The notes below the pieces were generated by a model. The model was not told the DNA's origin. It did not search any database and saw only the letters and a program-made list of their open reading frames with translations. A stretch of DNA of 63,028 bases, the filler included, from Lenisia limosa (taxonomy: Eukaryota > Protista > Breviatea), in the NCBI GenBank assembly GCA_001655205.1. It is 13 parts of 13 records of this genome, joined end to end, with 100 filler letters (N's around TTAATTAATTAA, not from the genome) between each part and the next. Parts side by side here need not be neighbours in the genome. Positions count along the whole stretch, not along the records: positions 24,955 to 39,865 come from LPNZ01000847.1; positions 39,966 to 41,168 come from LPNZ01002724.1; positions 41,269 to 46,370 come from LPNZ01001345.1; positions 46,471 to 63,028 come from LPNZ01006362.1; 9 more parts are not named here. One strand, given 5' to 3'. Within the stretch, counting starts at the first letter, position 1, and each line of letters opens with the position of its first letter. Below, in pieces: positions 39,381 to 52,500 of this stretch. Position numbers and translations under genes: made by a program.

Positions 39381-39991
39381 TGAGATAATTCCCCAATAAA
39401 TAACATATTATACTGGGAATTTGTTTCTGGACCATAGGGAAGCCTTTTCATTGTTTTTGTTTCGCAGTTTAGCTCATCGTTTACATTATGTATAATATGT
39501 ATTAATTTTAACATATGATATGTATTATATGATATATCATATATGATAGTATATATGCTCAAGGTCCAAAATTATGTCGTTATTTCGAATAAATGTCGTT
39601 AATTATTTACGGTCGCCAATAAGCTATTCCCCTTCAAAACAGTAATATATTTCTGAGATATAGACACTTAATATGTTTATGAAGGAAAACAAAGAAAATA
39701 TAACCTTTCAAAATTTTTCTTTTTTGCAAGATCAGCACTTTATCGTGGAATTTATTTTTTTTTTTTAGCGCCAGGCTCGCGCAATTTTTTTCAGTTTATG
39801 CTCGAATTTTTCTCATATGTCCTTTTTTACGAGTTAAATTGTTGTGAAGTTGACCGTAACATGAANNNNNNNNNNNNNNNNNNNNNNNNNNNNNNNNNNN
39901 NNNNNNNNNTTAATTAATTAANNNNNNNNNNNNNNNNNNNNNNNNNNNNNNNNNNNNNNNNNNNNTTCCTTTCCTTCTTATTACTACACAG

Positions 39992-40355
39992 GTGATTATC
40001 AACGTCGTCCCTCTTCAGCTTCTCTCATACCATCTCGCGTGCCTCAGAGGGTGGGTGAATAGTTATTATGGTATTTCCTGTTATACGACGATAAATCCTA
40101 TTCCTATCTATTGTGTATTCCTCCTTATTACAATAAACAACACTGCATATTTGATGGTGCGTATGTATGACCGGGATAAGTCTTGACCGATTGTCCTTGG
40201 GAGTCATATCAAATCGGTCAAGACTTATCCCTTTCACTGTATGTCTACATTTTTTCCTGCACTCTTATTTTAACCAATTGCTTTGTTTGTCTGACTCGTT
40301 TAGCCACAATGTTGATTGCCCCCGTAATTTGGCCAAGTCAGTGACCGTGGAGTAG
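39992..40355 (+). CDS. GFA1: Glucosamine-fructose-6-phosphate aminotransferase (GFAT), last two exons only
   Basis: VIINVVPLQLLSYHLACLRG|HNVDCPRNLAKSVTVE* is the conserved GlmS/GFAT C-terminus. Confidence 0.93.
40166..40241. mobile_element. Family B MITE in the GFAT intron
   Basis: TGACCGGGATAAGTCTTGACCGATT...AAATCGGTCAAGACTTATCCCTTTCACTGTA. Confidence 0.85.
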
Positions 40356-41268
40356 TCCTTCCGTTTTGCATGCTTTTTTGACACTGTAATTTATTTCATA
40401 TCTGCTCAAAGACACATGTGTTTCCCCGACCCAGGGGATTCTTGTGAAAACGTTGGAATTCCTATTTTTACATGATAAAATCCTATGGAATTTTGTAAAT
40501 TTGAAAAAAAATTTGGGATTACCATATAAGGGAATCGTCAATGAGCCGCAGCCTGAAAGGCCGTAAATTGTATATCATATACTGGATCGGGGAATATTTG
40601 TAATGACTGGAGACTGCACCCATTGCTGTAAACCTGGTTACAACAATTAATTGGACTCCGCTTTAATGATATGTATGATTTCACCGGGTGACAGCCTTGG
40701 AAATCCCCCCCATTTTTTTTTTTTCGGGTTTTCAGTGGAGCTCAAGCGGATTTTTTTTTTGTTTAACAGAAGCACTGAGAAAGCAATCGGCCAGTGAAGG
40801 ACATAATCTTACCGAAATAGTGATTGAGTAAGCAGTCTCAAAAATACATACATAAAAATTGACAACAACTCGGAAAAAGGAAACCAAGTCTTGCCATTGG
40901 AATTCAAACATCATCATCTATGGGGAAAACGGGTTGACTTGCTGGGTGTTTCTGGGAAGTCAGAAATGCAATCACAAGTACGTTATCAAATAAAAAGAAT
41001 TCCTCTATCCCACCAAGCGGTGGAATTATTGCTGACATTACCATCACATCTTCTTAATTCATTCACCTAATCTAAAACCAACATTTCCATACACTCCAAA
41101 TTCTCAATGTTCTTAAATTTCCACATTAACCCCCCGGAATCATGGGCTGACTGCCAAAAAAGGGCTTGNNNNNNNNNNNNNNNNNNNNNNNNNNNNNNNN
41201 NNNNNNNNNNNNTTAATTAATTAANNNNNNNNNNNNNNNNNNNNNNNNNNNNNNNNNNNNNNNNNNNN

Positions 41269-41462
41269 CCACCCCATCATTTAGTGTATTACTGCTCCCA
41301 CCCCATCATTTAGTGTATTCCCACCCCATCATTTAGTGTATTCCTGCTCCCACCCCATCATTTAGTGTATTGCTGCTCCCACCCCATCGTTTAGTGTATT
41401 CCCACCCCATCATTTAGTGTATTATTTAGGGTATTATGCTCCCACCTCATCATTTAGTGTAT
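41269..41462. repeat. Minisatellite, ~7 units of CCCACCCCATCATTTAGTGTATT plus a variable 0-6 nt
   Basis: Direct inspection at the scaffold edge. Confidence 0.9.
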
Positions 41463-41678
41463 TATAATTGTTTATCAAAGTATTATTGCGTTTGTGGTTT
41501 TCTTAAGATCATTCTTTTGATCCCAAACTATTGTGCAATAACCCAAAATAAACTGACTCATCATTGGTGCCCTTCTTTTGTGTACCCCTGATTTCATTCC
41601 ATACATTTTTTCTTGTTCTCAACTCCACTGGGCAAGAAAATGCCCCAAAAACTAAACATGTAGCCACATTGTCTGAAG

Positions 41679-43263
41679 GATGTTGACCAGTGTGTTGAAT
41701 GGGACAACGTCCTCGTGGTGTTGGATCTTCTTCTCCTGAAGCAGTCCGTATACCGCCACGTTATCTTCAATCGCCTTCCCTATTCCGAGTCCGGAATTGG
41801 TGGGAATGGGGGCTCTGATTCATGACTCTTTGGCTCTTTCGATATGATCATAAAGGTACAAACATTGGGAAAAGAATATTTGTAATTTGGTGTGCTTGAT
41901 GGGCCAGATGACTCTCCAAATAAGCTAGGGTCATTCTTACTTTTCAGCCCTCTGGAAGCTTGCTATCTTGTCAATTCTAATTGAAGCTTGTAGGAGGGTT
42001 TTTTATCATTCCACGCTTTGTTTCCAATCATTTTCGTATTTGAAATTGACACCTTGCATTCGCTTTACAACACCATGAACAGTTTATTGAATTATTATAG
42101 CTCTGTAGCATAATGAGCCCAATCATTTGCTGCTTATTCTTTCTGTTTTGTTTCAAAATAAGTTATCAATGGGAAGTCGTTTTGGTCTTTTAGAAACTCA
42201 AGGCTTTTTATTGCAATTTTCCTGAATTTTGGCAATCTTAGTTTTTCTCTTGAGTCAATTGCTGTTGTTTTCTTGAAATAGCTCATCTTTAGACCTTCGA
42301 TGGCACCGTGTCTCCTATGACTACAACCTGGGTTCCTCCCAAACTTCTGTAGGGGTGATTTAAAAGGGGATGGGATAAATGCTTGCTCATCACAATAAGA
42401 AGGGGGGGGGGGATTAATGCTTAGCCATAATCAAAAGTTACACTTGTGCATGACCGTGATTATGTAGGTATATCTCTCTCTTCTTCTTCTCGTGTTTCTG
42501 GAGTTTCCCATCTTCTTTTTTGCCATTTGTGCAGCTGTTCGATTTACCCTCGCGAGAAACGTGACGTGTCTCAAGTTGGAGGGGAGGGGGTGGTTAATGG
42601 GATTTTGAGGGGTGTGGGAGGGGTATCAAAAGCAATGTTGATAAAAAGAACCCACGTCAAAGCAAAAGAAAAAGTGCTGTTATTACAAATGCGAATAGTA
42701 TTCCATCCTGTTCCTATTCGCTACTTGCAGCCCTAATAGTCTTACTTTTCAGATACAACTACATTGCGACATCCTTGATATTGGCGCGAATGACTCATCT
42801 CCTCGGTCTTATTCCGATCATCTGGCCCTACCCCCTGCACGTTGCTGTTGCCACAATAAATATCTTCTGTGTTGCCTCTTCTATTGTTTCACTACAAGGT
42901 GGGGTGTTGACTAGAATCCTTTCAAAGTTGTCTCACTTTACTGAAATATTATCACTTTACAAACCTCACCCACCGCCAATGACAAACATGACAATGATCT
43001 CTCATCCAGCATTTATGACAATGATCTCTCATCCAGCATTTATGACAATGATCTCTCATCCAGCAATTATCTTTTGCCAGCATTTGTAGTTTTCTTCAGC
43101 GTTCATAGTAATATTGACCTTTCTGGCAATAATCCTGTCCCCAGCGTTCATGGGAGCGTCCCTGTTCAAGTCCTCGATGGTGATATGCGTGGGGTTGGTG
43201 GCGCGAGGAATATCGTCCTATTTCCTCTCAGTCCTCTTGGAGCTTCCAACGTATTTTTTGTGA
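41679..43263 (+). CDS. ARV1: ARV1 ER lipid/GPI homeostasis protein, 5'-partial
   Basis: DVDQCVEWDNVLVVLDLLLLKQSVYRHVIFN, LWKLAILSILIEA and LLGLIPIIWPYP match the ARV1 homology domain and TM region; stop TGA at 43261-43263. Confidence 0.82.
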
Positions 43264-43492
43264 TCAACGTGGAATTCATGGTTATTTCTTTACATAATGG
43301 GAAGATTTTGACTTTTTGGTATTTATTTTTTTCAAGGAAATGAAATACAATGCTTCTCATTCAGAGCAATGGATAACACCACAATTAGAATCCAAAAATG
43401 CTACTTTTACAATGATACATCAACATTGGGGGGTACAAATACAGCAACCTACCCACACAGGTAGTGAGAACAGAGGAATTGGGCCCAAGCCA

Positions 43493-46350
43493 CTATTTCT
43501 CAACAAAGCCATCAGCTGCTCGGGGCACTGAATTCACCATAACCACCTGGTGGGCTGATAGTGACAGTTTGTTTTTTCGGCCTGGAAGGGATAAGTGGGA
43601 ACAATGTAAAATACAGCAAGCAAGCCCCCTCCGACTTGAAAGTTTTCCCTTTCCTTGATCAATAACGCCAAGTGTTTCGCAAATCAAAGATCTTCCAAGC
43701 TTTTTCAGCTCAGTGAGACAACTGTTCTTGATCCAGCCACTGACCACCTACCAAGGTAAAAAACAACAATGTGAAGCGAAGTTCAACAACATCTTAAGTG
43801 AGCAAAATGAACAAAAGATTCAAGGTGAACACAGTATGATATCCACTTTCCCAAAAAAAAAACCGGGATTGATCCATCACATATTTCAGTCCAACAAACG
43901 GACAAACTATCGACATGGTATTATACATAGTATATATATAGATATTGGATTTATCGAAAATTCAGCTTGTATCCACACACCTTGAAGTCATTAGCAATAT
44001 TTTTGTCAACAATTTCCTGGAACTTGGGGAACGGGAGAGTGTAGAATGGAATACGTAGCTCCTTAACTGCAGGCATCAGGAGAGGTCCGCTGTTGGTGTG
44101 AGAGAGGCGCTACAGGACTGTTTATTATTATTATTATTATTNNNNNNNNNNNNNNNNNNNNNNNNNNNNNNNNNNNNNNNNNNNNNNNNNNNNNNNNNNN
44201 NNNNNNNNNNNNNNNNNNNGGGAATTTTTCAACAAATATGGGAATTTTTTCAACAAATATCAATAATACGAAAGTTTTCTTCGGACCATTCGGGGGGTCA
44301 CACCTATCCAAACCTACTTTGGAGTTTCAACCCGAATTGCTGTCGCACTACCAAAGCGGAAACTCTCCATCTACAATATCAGCATTACCAAAATAGTGTT
44401 AGTCAAAGATTAGCCACCTTTAACTATCTACTTTCTGTATTAGTGGAGAAGATAATTACCAATTCAGACCCCCCCTGAACCTTTTCCTCTCGAGCTTGTG
44501 CCAATATATCGTCTTGAATTGACGCTGACAGGGGAATAACAAGAAGCTGGTACTTCTAAAAAAAATTACATTGACAATCTAATTGAGAAAGTTTCAAATA
44601 AACTAAACGATAGGTGGATGAAAGGACCTAAAACAACCCATTCAATTGTGTAGTTAACTCAAGAGTCAGCGTAATATGTGTTAAAACGACAACATTAGCC
44701 ACTAGTTTCCTTCAGGCGTGACAAAAGAACCCTCACCCACCGCAGCGTTTCTGTCTTTCTTTGGATTGTAGCCGAAACGAACGTATAACGTCCGCCATGG
44801 TCCGGAGGAGTAGGTGAACGCAACCTGTCGCAAGGCTCTGCACAGATATGAGGAGAGCATGGCAGTGCAAATTGATAGCAATTTAGGGCTGTATAAAATT
44901 CCTTTTTAGGAACTTGAAATGCATTTGAACTGAAAAAAAGATCAATATATTTAAAAGTTAGAAAATAATCATTGTAAAGAAAATACCTGAGGAGGTAGTC
45001 TCTACTGGAGACGCCAGAGGCCTGGGCGAGATTCAAAAGCGACCAAATGGGCTGGGTTTCGAAAAGCTTCTTGATCCGCTCGAACTTTGGACAGTTCTTA
45101 ATGGACTCTGGGAGGCTACAACGGGGGCCGGACGGGGGGACTGTGGAGGTAACGCTTCAATTCGAAATAGAGATAATTTTTTGGGAGTAAAAAAAGGGAA
45201 AATTCCTGAAACAAACAAAAACCCAACATATTTTGGGAACACAGTAATGTGAAGCGGAGCAGCGTAGAAACAGTACAGAAAATACGGAGAGAAATCTCTC
45301 TAATATATGTGATAAAAAATTGATGCAATAATGCAAGTAGAAGCAGTACCTTCATCAATGGAAATATGGATTGCCTCCGTGTTTTGTCCCTTTTTGGTTT
45401 GAGGAGCCATTTGAACATGTGACCTAAAACAAAGGATCAAAAATCACACTGGAATCGATCAGGTAGTAAATCGGATCCTAGAGGGTTGAAATCGGAATCC
45501 AGATATTGTCGATGGCAGAAACCCCTTAGTTGATAAAACTGTCCAGTGAATCTCCATGTTCTTTCGAGGGTTATATTTTTTCACCCTTCCCAGACCTACA
45601 TTGGATTTTGCGGGATGGCAGATATGAATGTGACTGGAGGAAACGCAATTTCATCACCTTCACATAATGAACAATGAACAAGTAGAAAGAATAAATAATA
45701 AGGTGGTATCCGGCTTCGCGAAGCCGTCAACACCAGTTGGGCTTAAAAACTAATATTTCCAAATATCGATATTTGACTGGTCTTATTTGAACCTAAGGGA
45801 AGCCCTGATATAGAGTACGTAAAAATACTACTACTATGCTTAAATGTTCGCATGATTTAAAATAAGGTACTCTGAGCTCATGATACATATTACATTGCAT
45901 TCATTTTATATTTTCAAAAAAATGTTGAGGTGTATGTATATCAGCTTGCAAATAAGAGGTGAGGAGATTAGTAGTAAAGCTGAATCATGATTCCCCGTTA
46001 TATTAATAAAAATAACACTTCCCCCCACCAAAGGATAACGCAGTCGTAGGGAAGGGCTCCAAGGTTTCGGAGAAATCTTAAAAAAGGTGAAAATAGAAGG
46101 AAACATGATTTCCTGTCTTCAACAAATCCGATGTGAAACCCAAAAAGAATCGTGATTTACCACTATATTATAGCAAAATGGAAAAATCAAATCTATCACC
46201 CCCAATAAAGCCTTAAAAGGTACCCAGCTAGGCCAACATACCATATGGCTCGTTGTACTTCGGCCGCACCACCTCGACCGAGTTGAAATAGCACAGGTCA
46301 CTGGGTCCGTTCTGCGTGAACGTCGATCGAATTCTCCCGACAAACTCCGC
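43493..46350 (-). CDS. GTF3C5: TFIIIC subunit tau95 (Tfc1), 5'-partial
   Basis: EFVGRIRSTFTQNGPSDLCYF, KKLFETQPIWS, VAFTYSSGPWRTLYVRFGYNPKKD|KYQ and SGWIKNSCLTELK match the GTF3C5 motifs GMSDFQY, LF..RPIWS and GPWRSLWIRFGYDP. Confidence 0.88.
45704..45808. repeat. Family C 3' end (45704-45734) followed by a degenerate family A MITE, in a GTF3C5 intron
   Basis: GTATCCGGCTTCGCGAAGCCGTCAACACCA followed by TTGGGCTT...TATCGATATTTGACTGGTCTT...GAAGCCCT. Confidence 0.6.
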
Positions 46351-46549
46351 ATCTCGAACTGACTCCGAACNNNNNNNNNNNNNNNNNNNNNNNNNNNNNN
46401 NNNNNNNNNNNNNNTTAATTAATTAANNNNNNNNNNNNNNNNNNNNNNNNNNNNNNNNNNNNNNNNNNNNGGGCTTGGACTGGATGTCGGGGGGCTTGGA
46501 CTTTGTTTTAATAGCTTATTAGCGAATATATAGGGTGGGAAGTCCAGCT

Positions 46550-49500
46550 TGTTGCAGGAGGTGGTGATGGCTTCTTCTACAGATAGTGGTATTTTATTCA
46601 AGTTTGTCATTGATTTGATAGAACACTATTCATTCCTACTTTTTTTTAGCAGCCTTGGCGACATTATTCAATCTTGTGTGTCTTATTTTTTAGCATTTCG
46701 AGAGAGGGAAAAGAACGTTCGACATGAAACAATGGTGAGAGTTGTCTTGATAAGCATGTTGCAGTTGGACTCTGAAAGTGTTGTTTTTGTTGAGTTGACC
46801 AAGCCTAACATTTTTAGTCAAAAGCGCTTGCCAAAATCCACAAGGTTCTTGACAAACCAATTAAGCTCCAGTAAGGAACCATTTTTGATATTAAAACTAC
46901 TTTCCCAATAATGAGAATTAAATGCACCTGAAAATTTTTGGCTATATTTTTCTAAGTCCCATGTCCGTTGTGTTGGCTCACTTCACCAGTGACCCGAGTC
47001 ATATGGCGAAAGTGGCTAAGGCGTTCGATAGTTCAGCTGAGCAGCCACAGACCCCAACGCAGAAAGTTCGAAGGACTGATGGTCGCTTTTTGGGCTTCTT
47101 TTGTTCTTTAGACTTCGGGGGAGGCTAGCTAAAAAGCGGTGTTGACGGAGTTATCAGGCAAACAATTCAGTGAATCCTTACTAAACGTGGTAATGGACTG
47201 CGCTGGTCGGACACAGCCTTTTTTTGATATCCCTAGGATGACCCATCGCTCCTCCGCGGCGACCTCCAAGTTGTTGCAAAAGACTTCGCAGAGTCCTTGC
47301 ACAGATCGGCAAGCTTCCAGGTCAGTGTCTTCATTACCTACTACAGTGACCGGAATAAGTCTTGACCGATTTGCTCGATGATTTTCAGAGGAAAATTGTT
47401 CAAGACTTATCCCGGTCTTGTATATATACATATGATTGCTCCATCTGTAGGTGTTTCTCTTGATTGCCTAGGTTCTTGAAGCCCCCTCCACAGTACCCGA
47501 AAAGGAGGCCGGACTAAAACTCAGAGGGCAGTTGGCCGAACTTGAGCACTCAATAAACAAAAATGTAACTGGTTGATCCTTTCTCTGAGGTCATAACCGA
47601 ATTGATTCTATAAAATAGTATCTTGTCTATATGCTAGAGACGCTCGCTGCAATAAGGGAACATAAAGATTGTTGCCAAATATTGAGTGAATCTTGGGCAA
47701 AAAATACTGTATGCTCCCTTATTTATTTCATATCCTTCATCAGCATAAAGTTGCAGGTAGTTCTGGCCTTTTCCATTCTCATCACACGCTGCAGCCCTCG
47801 CCCCCTAGTTTGGTGGAGGAAACGTCGACTGATGAAGGTATCTATAAGCAAACTCTTATCCTGTCAAATGGAGTGGAAATCCAAGTCACGGTTTGAGAGG
47901 GCGGAAGGAAAGTTCTTTTGGTGCATACCACTTTATTTTCTGTTACACAAGGACGGGGGGGGAGGGGGGTCAGGCTAGCTTTATTTCAAACACGAGCTGA
48001 AAGACATCTATCTACTATCGATAATCTAATTTCCGTGTTGTAATCGGTCATCTTAAATCATGTGGAAAGATTGCGGTCTTCTTAACACTTTAGTCCAATC
48101 AAAAGTACGGAGTGAAACCCACAGCTGCCGGTTTGCTGGAGGCGGGATTATTTGGGTTCGTATTTTGAATAATGGGTGCTCAAGTACCTTTTTTNNNNNN
48201 NNNNNNNNNNNNNNNNNNNNNNNNNNNNNNNNNNNNNNNNNNNNNNNNNNNNNNNNNNNNNNNNNNNNNNGAACACCTCGGATGTAGAAGAAGATGAGAC
48301 GCCTGAAGTGCCAATAACGGTGGGTGCTCTGGAGCGAACTCTTTTTTACTGTTGAGCCCTGTATTGGAGTCAAGTCTCTGTTTTTTTATGGGGGATTCTT
48401 TGATCATATGATAGGCTCTAATTTGTTTCATGGAAGGAGCCTGTTTATTTCTCCTTTATTTTCATTGGATGTTGAAAGGATGTTGGAACTTACCCTCAAT
48501 TCAGCCTTCGATTCCCTTCCAGCACACACAGAAACGGGCAGCGAACAGAATGCAGCAGATTCAAAAATCGAAGGTCTGTTACGTTGCCGTTCTTCTGTTT
48601 TCACACTAATCAGCTGGAAGTATAAAGACTATTATTTGCGGATTCCTCCTCACCTTTTAGGAGCTTGAGATCAAACTGCAGAAACAAGCGCGTCGAGAGC
48701 TCAGAACTATCCGCCTCCTCAAAAAGAAGAAGAAAAAGGTATGAATGAGTAGAGAAGACAATAAATACTAAAGAGAAGAAAATGGTAAAAGAGAAGAAAA
48801 TAGTTGATGCATTGGTAGTTTCTCCTCAGTTTCAAGATTGACCCTTCAGGAAGCCGCACGCAAAAGGGCGGAGCTACAAATGGCCAAACTCCACGCGGCC
48901 AACGCCTCAAAACAAGCGCGTGAAGCAGAAATGAGACGACTTGGTAAGATTTGATGCCATCTTGTCATCGTCTTCTTCATCTTTAACATGAAATAGCAGA
49001 GCATCTTGGACCGCAAAGTGAGGATGAAGAATTGTCTGAAGAGGAAGAGAAGCTCTCTTCAGTTCAGCAATACCTTCAAGATCACCCTGATGAAGGAGGT
49101 TTGTGCTTTTGACTTTGTATATATCTTTTTTGTTTGTTTCATAAGAAAAAGCCCTGTACCTTCAAATATCTCTTCGTGACAATTATGGTTGTTGGGCAGA
49201 TATCAATTATCATAAACAAAACATACCAACAAAGACAATAAAATGATAATCTAAAGTTTGCAGCAGCATGCGCTTGATTTGTCACACTTCAGATATTTCC
49301 ATGTACATTCTTTCATATTCATATTATGCTTCACACTTTTCCAAGCTGACAGTGCAGTTGATCCTATTGCTTCTCTGCTGCTTGAAATGTCACCAGAGTA
49401 CTCAAAGATAGTAAGAGGTTGCATTTCTTCTTCAGCTTTTTGCCATATGTATTCTCCAATAACAATGTTGTTGACAGCCTCAGATGTTTTAAAAGGTGAC

Positions 49501-52500
49501 TTTAAATGATTAATATTATTAATAGGAAAAGAAGCAACCTGAAGTACCAGACTCCTATTTGCAGCCTCAGCCGCGGATTCAGCGCCAAAGGACCTTTTCA
49601 GCTTCTATTCCTGAAGGTTCCTGGGGCTTTTTCACTGGGTTTTGGTTTTGGATTTTATTCTACATGACCATTCGATTAGCATCAGATTGCTATCATAGTC
49701 TTATTAGGTTGGCTGAGTTCCCAAGCTCTCAGGGGCTTTCATAGATACTACTTAAAAATATGGACGAAGAAAAACAAATTGTAAGAACCAGAATGCAGTG
49801 TCAGGAGGACAACCATATTGGACGAATGCTGTGTCTAGATTCCTAGAATACTATGACACCCCCCACTGGAGCCCTATTTTCTATTTATCATGTATAAGAC
49901 CGGTAATTAGAGGGACGTGGCGGGAGGGGCTCAAATTTTGGAAAAGAGGCTCCATCAACTCAAAATAAAAATCTAAAAGTGACTTTCAATTTACGTATTA
50001 TTTATTTTTCATAGGTAGTGCTATAATAATTAACTGCTTATCTCCTTCCGAAATAAAATAGTTGTTAAACACATTGCTGCATTTAAACTGTTTTTATTGT
50101 TTTTTGTGCTTTAACTTTTGCTTTTACTGTTACTTTTATTGTTGTTTGTAATTGAATCATTGAATCAACAGTAACTCTCCTCAAGCATATATTTTTTACG
50201 TACATAGAAGAAGACGGTCGAACGAGTAAGCAGGAAGTCGCCCCCAGTATCCGAAGTGAAATGACAAGTAGAAGTGCCCTCAGTCGAAATGAAAAGCTTG
50301 TATTCCAAGGTGACCGTCACCAGTTGTCTAGTCTTCACTTTTATGAAATCTTGTTGACCAACTTTTACTTCACTTTGGAACTGTCGTCTCATAATCATTT
50401 CAGAGTACAGTGACGCCTCTGAGTCCGAAGAGGAGGAAACAGTAAGTGGCCCAAGGCATTTTTAATGTTACGCGAGCTTGATGATGACTGCTAATAGTTC
50501 TGACCTTCTTTTTCTTCTTTTTTTGAAAGCACTTTGATTTTTAATGGGACTGACACTACCAGCACTCCCTCTCTCAACTTTGAATGACCCGTTCATTCCT
50601 TATTGTTTGACTGATTCTTGCTGATTTTGTTGTTTTCTTTTTACTCTTAGTATCATACTGTTAGGCATGTTAATACCCCCTAATGGTGCAGATGGTGATG
50701 CCCATGGCAGGAGCCATAATCCTGAAGGACAATTTCGAGGATTCCATGGAGAAAGCGTGGCAGGTAAGCTGGTCTTATCTTTCTTGTCCTTTAGTACAAT
50801 AGAACCATGTTCATCAAGGCAGTTTTTATTACATTTNNNNNNNNNNNNNNNNNNNNNNNNNNNNNNNNNNNNNNNNNNNNNNNNNNNNNNNNNNNNNNNN
50901 NNNNNNNNNNNNNNNNNNNNNNNNNNNNNNNNNNNNNNNNNNNNNNNNNNNNNNNGCCTTCCTATCGGCATAAGACCGCTGGTGGGTACATGGTGGTGTA
51001 GAAGATAGGGTCCATCATGTCAAATCAACTATCTTACAATTTTCATTATGCTAGTCATCTTCCACCTCCCTTATATCTTGGGCTTCACTTCGGTTAGAAA
51101 AAGACCAGTATAATATCGAGGATTATCGAGAAATTCAGTCTTTTTTTGAACCGAAGTGAAGCCCTACTTATATGGGGGAGGGGGGTCTAAAAAGACTTCT
51201 ATAATTCCCTGTCATCGATATTGAACGTCTCAAAGCCATCCCACTTACCATCCTCACGGCCTCCTCAGAGCTCTGCCTCGGGTTCAATAGGGGTGCGTAG
51301 CGCAGCCCAATCCACGGCTCTTGACGATCCTGATGATCTGGACATGGATGAGGCCCGGGCAATGCTGGCGGCTCAGAACCGCATGTCGGAGTGGTCAGAT
51401 TCTGACAGGTTGGTGGCATACCCCATATTGGTCTCGAAGGAATGGCGCAGAGTATTGGCGCTGTGGCCACTTGAGGCTAATGATATTATTGCTATCTGCG
51501 TCTTTGACCAGCTTTGTAGCGAAGATGACTCGAAAACCGCCACGCAAGTCCTCCTCACGAAGTTGACCAAAAGTGTGAGCTCCAATGACCCGACCGTCAA
51601 GCTCTATGCCGGTTTCGACGCCGCCCTTCTGAGCTCTGTAAGCGACCTCTTCTCTTCTCTTCTCTTCTCTTCTCTTCTCTTCTCTTCTCTTCTCTTCTCT
51701 TCTCTTCTCTTTTCTTCTCTTTTCTTCTCTTTTCTTTTCTCATTTTCGGCTATTTTTGCCCTGCGCCCCGACACACACACACACACACAATATCACAATA
51801 TCACCCGCTCTCCTCCAGGCCATCCTTGCACCGCCTACGCCGCCGGCCGCGAGGCTTGCAGACCCTGCCGAGCTGCCGTCTGACCCGTTGGCCCACTTGG
51901 AGCGTTCTGCGGCACGGAGAGCGAGGATATCCTCCGTGGGGTAAATTGGAATTATAACAATGCCTCTGTCACTTTTCTAAATTGATAGGTCAAAATGTTA
52001 TCATCTGTAGCAATTTTTCTCTACCGCCCCCCCCCCCCATTTNNNNNNNNNNNNNNNNNNNNNNNNNNNNNNNNNNNNNNNNNNNNNNNNNNNNNNNNNN
52101 NNNNNNNNNNNNNCCCCAGGCCAGCACTAGTATACTTCGTACCTCGTGGGCATTTACAATACCATTCTCCTTTTAGAATTATTGTAGCAGAAGAACTAAC
52201 CTTAATCCATTCTAATATGTCTCTTTTCAGCAAGATATCATTTGATAATCTTGAAAATCCTTAGTAATAATATTAATGATACAGCCAAGGTTGCAGCATC
52301 AATAATCATGGTGAATTTGACTGTTTAGCCCCAAACCCTCGCCCCGTGTAAGCCCTTCCCTGTCGGCCATGGCACCAACCCCCTTCTACACCAACCTTTC
52401 CCAGGCCCCTCTCAGCAGATTTGCTATGTGGGCTTTGGGGTCTTAAATGATGAAGTTTTCCCTTTTCAAGGGTTTTCTCACTCCAGGGACTGCATTGATT

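Noticed and set aside
41269-41462. C-rich 23-29 bp tandem array at a scaffold start, resembling a long-unit telomere or a CRISPR array
   Set aside because: Units are degenerate with no unique spacers, there are no cas genes, and the adjacent ARV1 gene lacks its 5' exons, so the array is most likely intronic.
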